A DNA stretch of 45,618 bases from Chiloscyllium plagiosum (Eukaryota), in NCBI RefSeq assembly GCF_004010195.1, contig NC_057720.1:10324530-10370147 (forward strand), in the 5' to 3' direction. The notes beneath the pieces were generated by a model. It made no database searches, was not told the origin of the DNA, and saw only the letters and a list, made by a program, of their open reading frames with translations. Below are positions 37,846 to 45,618 of the stretch, in pieces. The position numbers and the translations under genes are program-made. Numbering within the stretch: the stretch's first letter is position 1; each line of letters begins with the position of its first letter.

Positions 37846-38369
37846 ACCATCCCCTCAATTCCTGAGCATCACTTTCCCCATTTTAGTGCAGATTGGAGGT
37901 GTCTCCTCTTCAATGGATGACAGCAGTGACCTGCATTTTCCACATCTCCAGCTTCCTCTTGCAAAGAGCAGGGCCTTTGAGATTGATGATAATGCACAGT
38001 TTGGTGTCTTGCCCTTGTCAGATGACATTGACTGGGGAAGGGCAGGATGCAAACATAAAACATTGAAGCATTTGACAGTTCTGCCCTTTTCTTGCTTAAA
38101 ACACATTTTATGATATTATCAATAAATTAGTGATAAATTTTAAAGACTGAGGGTAGTTGCAAACTTACATTGTAGATACCTTCTTGTCAGACATCTGTGT
38201 GATATCCGAGACAATCAATGCAATATCAATCCTGTGGTCTTCACAATGGGTGGGTGACCATTTCCAACAGTATTTTTCCTGGGTATGGAGGGTAAAAAAT
38301 AACCCATCCCCACCACAATCTATCTGCAGCCTCTTTAACCTGTTGCATCTTGTTTTTAAAAACATCCAG

Positions 38370-38591
38370 GTGACTGAATTCTGTGACGATAAGACTCACA
38401 ATCCTGACGCACCGAACATGCAAAACAAACTGTGCAACTTCAGGAGCACTTGGGACGTAATCAGTGAGTCGGAGGATTTCAGAAACAATCCCTCACCCTA
38501 CAGTGGTTCAGTGATACCGACCTTTACACTGCTACAGGCCAAACACCGTGCTCTGTGCTTAGTCCTTGATGTCTCTGGGAGCATGACGTTG
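38370..38591 (+). CDS. CLCA: CLCA coding exon 6 (end of N-terminal domain, start of VWA with MIDAS DxSxS)
   Basis: VTEFCDDKTHNPDAPNMQNKLCNFRSTWDVISESEDF...RALCLVLDVSGSMTL; acceptor ccag, donor gtaagg; 222 nt, phase 0/0. Confidence 0.96.
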
Positions 38592-38838
38592 GTAAGGTCA
38601 ATAGTAAAGTTTATTTCACAGAAAGTATTGACTTAGACCCACATTTGTGCTGTTGTGTGGCTTCGCACAGCACGTTAGAGGAAGTCAGAAGCTGGATATT
38701 CTGAAACTAGTAGCTCATCTCCTTACTCCCAGATCCTCTCTGTCATCTACAAAGCACATATCGAGAGTTTGACAGAACACTGTAGAATTTTAGAGCAGGC
38801 ATTGTTATAGCAGTAATGTCAGGGTGGCAATGTAGAGA

Positions 38839-38967
38839 CTCCTGATGAAGGGCTGATGCCCAAAACATAGATTCTCCTGCTGCTCGGATGCTGACTGACT
38901 TGCTGTGCTTTTGCAGTACTGCAGTCTCAACTCTGATCTGCAGCATCTGCAGTCCTCACTTTCTCCT
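38839..38967 (+). mobile_element. Penelope pLTR fragment inserted in a Deu-SINE head
   Basis: 13-bp TSD gg(c/t)aatgtagaga; cctgatgaagggc...catctgcagtcctcactttctcc. Confidence 0.8.
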
Positions 38968-39714
38968 GGTAATGTAGAGAGCCATGCTAATGCTCTGGAG
39001 ACACGCGTTCAAGGGGGAGATGATGACACAGCTCCAGTATCGTTTGACTATCAATGCAGCAACTCAGCCAATGTTCTGGGGACCTGGTTTCAAATCCCAT
39101 CATGGCAGTTAGTGGAATTTGAATTCAATTTTAAAAAAATTGGAATTAAGAATCAACTGATGAAGATATTGTCAACTGGCGAGAAAAAAAAATCTGGTTC
39201 ACTGATGTCCTACAAGAATGAAATTTGTCATCCTAACCTCAGCTGGCTGACATGTGACTCCAGACTTACAGCAATGTGGTTGACTCTCAATTGCCGTCTG
39301 AAATGGCTTAGTAAGCCATTCCTTTGTGTCAATCATTACAAGAAACAAAACCAGACAGATTGCTTAGCATTGACCTCAGTACAGGAAAAAACAATGGCAG
39401 AAACCGCCCTGTCAACCCTGTATTTGGGTCTTGTGCCAAAGTTGGGAGAACTGTCTCACAGACTAGTCAAGCAACAACCTGTCATAGTAACACTCACAAA
39501 ATCATACCTTCCAAAAAAAGATCCAGACATCATCACTATCATCATCTCTGGATGTGCCTTGTCCCACTGACAGACCCAGAGAGGTTGTGCCACAGTGGTA
39601 TATAGTCAGGAGGGAGTTGCCATGGGAATACTCAACACTGACAACAGATCCCATGAAGTCTCATGGCATCAGATTAAACATGGGCAAGGAAATCCCTAAC
39701 TGAATGGGTGTGAA

Positions 39715-40240
39715 CATAGGAGGTTTAGTTAGTAAATTTGCAGATGACAACAAAATTGGAGGTGTCGTGGACAGTGAAGAAGGTTACCACAGAATACAAT
39801 GGGATTTTGGTCAGATGGGCCAATGGGCTGAGGAGTGGCAGATGGAATTTAATTGAGATCAATGTTGGGTGGTGCATTTTGGAAATGCAAATCAGTGCAG
39901 GACTTATACACTTGGGGACATAGAGGTCAGAGAGTACAGTACAGAAAGAGACCCTTTGGTCCAACTCACCTATGCCAACCAGATAACCTAACCTAATCTA
40001 GACTCATTTGCCAGCACTTGACCCATATCCCTCTAAACACTTCTATGCTCGAGGAAGTAGTGGTGGCTGGTACAAATACAACATTTAAGACATCTGGATG
40101 GGTACATGATTAGAAAGGTTTTAGATGGATATGGGCCAAGTGCTGGCAAATGGGATTAGATTACTTTAGGTTATCTTGACGGCATGGATGAGTTGGACCA
40201 AAGGGTCTATTTCCATGCTGGACATCACTATGACTCTATG
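39715..40240. mobile_element. CR1 fragments in mixed orientation nested in a LINE
   Basis: KFADDNKIGG on +, an inverted 3' end at about 39918-40045, then a + 3' end finishing tatgactctatg. Confidence 0.75.
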
Positions 40241-40385
40241 ATATATGTCCACCCTTAGCTAATGAGTTGTTACTCCTCCATGTTGAACAAACATGAGAAG
40301 AAGCACTGAGTGTGGCAAGGACTCAAAATGTACTTTGGGTGGAGCAGTTCAATGCCCACCACCAAGAGGGGGTCAGCAGCAATAC

Positions 40386-40874
40386 TGAAGATTTATGATC
40401 CCTCAAGAGGGGCCTCTTGGTTCGAGATCGGTCAAAAGAATCAACGGAATGCGGTCAGTCAAAAAGCAAGGGTCATTAGTTTATTGAATTAAGGCACATT
40501 GATGCAATTCTGTTCAGCAACGCAGAGGTTAAAGCTTCTGTGTTCCGTGGTGACATGATTGACAGCAGGCTAATCCAATGATATTCCCTGGGAAACGGGT
40601 CTTAATTACATAAATCGTCATGGTAGCAGTTCAAGGTTAGTTCAAACACCAAATCACCATCGTATTATTCATATGATGAAAACTCCATTGTTTTCTCTTA
40701 TCTCTAAATACAACCAACTTAGCAAAGCATCAGTTCAAGCTCACAGAGTCAAATCATTACTTGCAGCCATCTTGTTGTGCTATTTTAAAATGAAAAGCCA
40801 TTTTGTGGTTAATAAAAAATCTACATATACTTGTTGCTTCTGACAACAGCCTAAATTCAAATTTTAGATCCTCA
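40386..40874 (-). mobile_element. Solo LTR related to the intron-2 ERV
   Basis: TG...CA ends, 4-bp TSD atac/gtac; shares cagcaac(a/g)cagaggttaaa(t)gcttctgtg and ttttagatcctca with 18237-19479; splits a LINE endonuclease region. Confidence 0.85.
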
Positions 40875-42654
40875 GTACTACTGATCGAATTGGTTGGGTC
40901 CTAAAGGACCTAGCTGCCAGACTGGGTCTGCAGCAGGTGGTGAGGGAACCAACATACTTGACCTCATCCTTACCAATCTGCTGTCTGCAGATGCATCTGT
41001 CCATGACAGTATCAGTAAGAGCGACCACTGCACAATCCTTGTGGAGACGAAGTCCCACCTTCACACTGAGACCACCCTCCATTGTGTTGTGCAGTACTAA
41101 CACTGTGCTTCATGAGACAGACTTTGAATAGATCTAGCAACTCAAGACTTGGCATCCATGAGGCACTATGAGCCATGACCTGGAGCAGAATTGTCTTCAG
41201 CACAATTTGCAACCTCATGGCCCAGCACATACCCCACTGAACCATTACCATCAAGCCAGGGAATCAATCCGTTTTCAGTGGAGGAGCAGCATCAGGCAGG
41301 TCTGAACATGAGGAGTCTATCTGGTGAAAGTACCAAACAGGATTTCTTGTAATTCAAACAGCACAAGTGATTCCACAGTCAATGGATCAAAGCTCTGCAG
41401 TCCTGCCACATCCAGTCATGAATGGTGGTGGTCGATTCAACAATTAAATGGAGGAAGACGCTCCACAAATATCCCCATCCTCAATGATGGAAGAATCCAA
41501 CACAGTGTGAAAGATAAGGCTGAAGCATTTGCAGCAACCTTCAGCTACAAATGCCAAGTTCCATCTGGACCTCCTCCAGTGGTCCTCAGCATCACAGATG
41601 CCAGTCTTCAGCTAGTTTGATTCATTCCATGTGAGATCAAGAAGTGTTTGTAAACATTGGATGCTGCAAAGGCTACGGGCCCCTGACCACATTCCGGCAA
41701 TTGTACAGAAGACTTGTGCCCCAGAACTTGACACTCCCTTAACCAAGCTCTTCCAGTACAGTGAAAAACTGGCATCTATCTGACAATGTAGACAATGGTC
41801 CAGGTATCCCCTGACTGACCAGAAACACTTCGGATGCTAGAAATACTGTGGTAACTCATCTCCTGTCCCCTGAGATCCTGTCCACCACCTACAAGACACA
41901 AGACAGGAGTGTGATGGAATGCTCCCCACTTGCCTAGAGGAGTTCAACTCCAACTACACTCAAGCAGCTTGACACCATCAAGGACAAAGCATCTCATTTG
42001 ATTGGCATCACATCCACAACATCCACTCCCTCCATCACCAACGTTCAGCAGAAGCAGTGCGTACTGTCTACAAGATGCACTGCAGAAATTCACCAAAGAT
42101 CCTCAGGCAGCACCTTCCAAACCCATGACTACTTCCTTTTCGAAGGACAAGGGCAGCAGAGCCATGAGAACACCACCACATTCAAGCTCCCCTCAAAATC
42201 ATTCACCATGCTGACGTGGAAACATATTCCCATCCCTTCACTATTGTGAGGTAAAGAAAAAGCCTGAAATTCACCCCTAAAGGCATTGTGGGTCAAGCTG
42301 CAGCATGTGGACAGCAGCAGTTCAAGAAGTTGGCTCATCACCATCTTCTCACGGGTAACTACGGATGGGCAATAGATGCTGGCCAGTTGGACAAAAGGCA
42401 ATAATTGTTGTAAATAACCAACTAATGCCCTTTTTACTAATGTCCTTCAGGGAAGGAAATCTGCCAACATTATCTGATGCACATGTGATTCCAGTCTCAG
42501 AGAAATGCCCAGTAAGTCATTCAGTTCAAAGGGAATTGGAGATGGGCAATAAATACTGTTGTTGCCAATGGTACCCACATCCCATCTGTAAAAAGGAAAT
42601 ATTTGCTTGAATTAAGGCAGCCAAAAACCTTGACACCATTTCGGGATGTAGTCT

Positions 42655-43586
42655 TCGAGTCATAGAGTCATGGAACCAGACCCCCTCTTCGGTCTAACTC
42701 ATCCATGTCGACATATATCCCAAATTAATCGAGTCCCATTTGCCAGCATGTGGCCCATATCCCTCCAAACGCTTCCTATTCATATACCCATCCAGATGCC
42801 TTTTAAATGCTGCAGTTGTATCAGCTTCCACCACTGCCTCTGGCATCTCATTCCATATACATTACCTGCATGAAAAGGTTATCCCTTAGGTTACTTTTAT
42901 ATCTTTCCCCTCTCACCTTAAACCTATGCCCTCTTGTTCTGGACTCCCCCACCCCAGGGAAAAGACTTTGTCTATTTATCCTATCCAAGCCCTTCATGAT
43001 TTTATAAACATAAGACCATAAGACATAGGAGTGGAAGTAAGGCCATTCGGCCCATCGAGTCCACTCCGCCATTCAATCATGGCTGATGCACATTTCAGCT
43101 CCACATCTATGAGGTCACTCCTCAGCCTCCAACACCCCGGGGAAACAGCCCCAGCCTATTCAGCTTCTCCCTATAGCTCAAATCCTCCAACCCTGGGAAC
43201 ATCCTTGATGGCCTAACCAACATCCTGTACAACCACAACATGACCTCCCACTCCTATACTCAATGATCTGACCAATAAAAGAAAGCATGCCAAATGCCTA
43301 ATTCACTATCCTATCTACTTAAAACTGTATTTTCAATGAACTATGAACCTGCACTCCAAGATCTCTTTGTTCAGCAACAATCCCTCGGACCTGACCATTA
43401 AATGTATAAGTCCTGTATTTTATACAAAATGCAACACCTCACATTTGTCTAAATTAAACTCCATCTGCCTCTCCTCAGCCCATTGGCCCATCTGATCAAG
43501 ATCATGCTGTAATCTGAGGTAACCTTCTTCACTGTCCACTACACCTCCAATTTTAGTGTCATCTGCAAACTTACTAACTGTACCTC
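42655..43586 (-). mobile_element. CR1 LINE 3' fragment (same family as 12567-13693) with a nested CR1 tail at about 43008-43104
   Basis: Colinear with 12580-13495; the nested piece is nearly identical to the reverse complement of 2445-2540. Confidence 0.88.
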
Positions 43587-43659
43587 CCGTGGAATCCCAA
43601 TGTTAACTGAGGGAATGGCTCACTGAGCATCGCTGCTGGGTCCACATTGGCTGACCGGA

Positions 43660-44150
43660 CCACTCAGTCACGGTCTATTTCAATTCCCTAACCACTTGCT
43701 TTCCAACATGACCATCCTTGGCCTCCTCCTTTGCCAAAACAAACCACAGCTCCTATTGGAGGAACAACACGTTATTTTCCGCCTGGGCACCCTACAGCCC
43801 AGAGTACTCAACATGAAGTTCTCCAATTTCAAATAACCTCCCTCCCTGTACCCTGATTCCCTTCCGAGCCCCTCCCCCTCCCTGCCACAGCTCCCTGCCA
43901 CCAACCAGAATCAAACCTCCCATTGACCAACCAGGTCGTACCCTCTACCTGTCTTCACTTATCCCTCCTTCACCACCCTGCCCCCGCCTCCCCCTTTTCC
44001 TGCATCAGCTCCCCACACCAACCCCCAGTCCTGAAGAAGGATTACACAAAAAATATCAACTTCTGTACCTCCTGATGCTGCCTGGCTTGCTGTGATCTTC
44101 CAGCCTCCTGCCCATCTATTTTGGATTCCAGCATCTGCAATTTTCCTGTC
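43660..44150 (+). mobile_element. Penelope-like 3' fragment
   Basis: HVIFRLGTLQPRVLNMKFSNF (end of the GIY-YIG domain), C-rich tract, ...cagcatctgca end. Confidence 0.75.
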
Positions 44151-44291
44151 TTGAACCATCTTGGACAAAGCAGACTACTTAATACGAGTTTTAAATTAAT
44201 TTTCATCAATATTACTTTAAATGCAATTTATAAATAAATTAGCTAAATGGCAGTGAGCTGCATATTACATTGTCTTTTTTTAATTCAACAG

Positions 44292-44516
44292 GAGAATCGT
44301 ATTAACAGACTCCGACAAGCAGCGGAGATATTCTTACTTCAGATCATTGAAGCAAAATCACAAGTTGGAATTGTCACTTTTAACAGTGCTGCAACTATTC
44401 AATCACATTTGAAAGTGATTGATAATGAAGGTGTGAGGAATCAACTTGTCCAATTGCTACCTACAACAGCTAATGGAGGGACAAATATCTGCGCAGGAAT
44501 CCAGGCTGGTTTTCAG
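44292..44516 (+). CDS. CLCA: CLCA coding exon 7 (VWA domain)
   Basis: ENRINRLRQAAEIFLLQIIEAKSQVGIVTFNSAA...LPTTANGGTNICAGIQAGFQ; acceptor ttcaacag, donor gtagaa; 225 nt, phase 0/0. Confidence 0.95.
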
Positions 44517-44603
44517 GTAGAAACTGAAATGCTTCAGCAAACTTTAGTAACTCATTTTATTTTTCAGCTTTCCCACGTTGACAATAACTTAACGGCTTTG
44601 CAG

Positions 44604-44781
44604 GTACTTGGTGATGACCACGGTCCTACAAATGGTGATGAAGTTGTTTTGCTGACTGATGGGGAGGACAGCGGGATAAGCAGTTGTTTCTCGGAGGTGG
44701 AACAAAGTGGTGCAGTTATCCACACGATTGCATTAGGACCAAAGGCAGCCAAAGAGCTGGAACAGATGTCAACACTGACTG
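44604..44781 (+). CDS. CLCA: CLCA coding exon 8 (VWA domain, LLTDGED)
   Basis: VLGDDHGPTNGDEVVLLTDGEDSGISSCFSEVEQSGAVIHTIALGPKAAKELEQMSTLT; acceptor tttgcag, donor gtaata; 178 nt, phase 0/1. Confidence 0.93.
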
Positions 44782-45422
44782 GTAATAAGAACACAAAGAA
44801 TTTCTCATGAATTCTTGGGAGAGGAACATAACTTCAAGCCTTGTTGTTTTGAGTTCTGCTCCCAACTTTTATTGTGGTGGAAGTGTTCACAGGTTTAAAA
44901 TGAATTGGGTGGGCCCTCAGTGAAAATACTGGACAAAGGAATTTCAGTTGAGAACATTCCAATTACTAGGCAGACTGCGACAGGAAGTTGGTGGGACTTT
45001 ACTCCTGGCACTGTCCATATCTACAGCTAACAGGAAATTAGCCAAGTCGATTTATTTATTTAAAGTGATGTCACACAACTTTGATGTACAATAAAAGTCA
45101 TGGACATGTCCATATTTCTAGTCAGTCAGATTTGATTCTCCAAGCTAACTGTTAATATTGCAGGTAATGGGAACATAATGGCTACCACTGCCATTTTAAT
45201 TCTTCTTCCCTCAACTACACATTGCTCCTGCTAATCAGACAAGATTAAAATCAATGTTAACATGTTCAATAGTTTTATTCCAAACAATTTTACATTGGGC
45301 AGTTACTGTCACATTGCAGAAAGCCCTGATGCCTCCTTCTTCATTTCAGTCTCAATTGGCATTGCCCATTGACCATGTATTTGATCCATGTTTATAACTT
45401 TCTTGCCGTCTCCATTCTCTAG

Positions 45423-45529
45423 GGGGTCGACAGTTTGCAGCCACTGATAATGTGTATGCAACTGGATTAACCGATGCCTTCTCTTCAATGGTATCAGGAA
45501 ATGGTGACATTAGTGAACAGTCAATTCAG
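45423..45529 (+). CDS. CLCA: CLCA coding exon 9
   Basis: Acceptor ccattctctag; (G)GRQFAATDNVYATGLTDAFSSMVSGNGDISEQSIQ; donor gtgcgt; 107 nt, phase 1/0. Confidence 0.93.
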
Positions 45530-45611
45530 GTGCGTTATTCCTCAGTGACTTTCTCAATACCCGTGTGTTAACTTAATGTTAGATTCAAAAGATCCATTTC
45601 TTTGGTCCCAG

Positions 45612-45618
45612 CTTGAAA
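45612..45618 (+). CDS. CLCA: CLCA coding exon 10, first bases (cut by the window end)
   Basis: Acceptor tttctttggtcccag followed by CTT GAA A (LE..), matching the CLCA SIQ|LES junction after an 82-nt intron. Confidence 0.75.

Larger units (their letters stand above)
39340..42390 (+). mobile_element. Degraded APE-RT LINE (CR1/L2-group-like), interrupted by CR1 pieces and a solo LTR
   Basis: GLVPKLGELSHRLVKQQP, LDLILTNL..SDHCTI, KATGP; 3' end gatgggcaatagatgctggcc shared with Deu-SINE tails. Other copies at about 9180-9845(-), 14325-14690(-), 19480-20570(-), 32440-33130(+). Confidence 0.75.

Noticed and set aside
38905..39570. 221-aa ORF as a host gene
   Set aside because: Chance read-through of PLE, SINE and LINE pieces; only its end is LINE endonuclease.
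3949..45618. Assigning the gene to CLCA1, CLCA2 or CLCA4, or calling it a pseudogene
   Set aside because: Orthology needs a phylogeny; all visible exons are open with canonical splice sites.

Overview
Eukaryotic genomic DNA, most likely a shark or other elasmobranch, judged from the HE1-like V-SINEs, SacSINE1-like Deu-SINEs and CR1/Penelope repeat landscape. It carries the 5' half of one + strand CLCA-family gene (calcium-activated chloride channel regulator, a zinc metalloprotease). Nine complete coding exons (3949-45529; 1461 nt = 487 codons; all GT-AG, phases consistent, no stops) and the first bases of exon 10 are present. They encode a signal peptide, the HEWAH metalloprotease domain, the Cys-rich region and the VWA domain with its MIDAS motif. 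The introns and upstream region are mostly nested retroelements: a full-length sense L1-clade LINE ending about 40 nt before exon 3; an antisense class-I-type endogenous retrovirus with a perfect tRNA-His PBS, no visible gag/pol and a probable env remnant; a related solo LTR; three other solo LTRs; a long Penelope-like element and many Penelope-derived hairpins with hammerhead ribozyme cores; CR1 fragments; and a LINE that appears to begin with a Deu-SINE head. There is a 644-nt N gap (22112-22755). Repeat family names come from recalled motifs, not database searches, and repeat boundaries are approximate unless a TSD is given.
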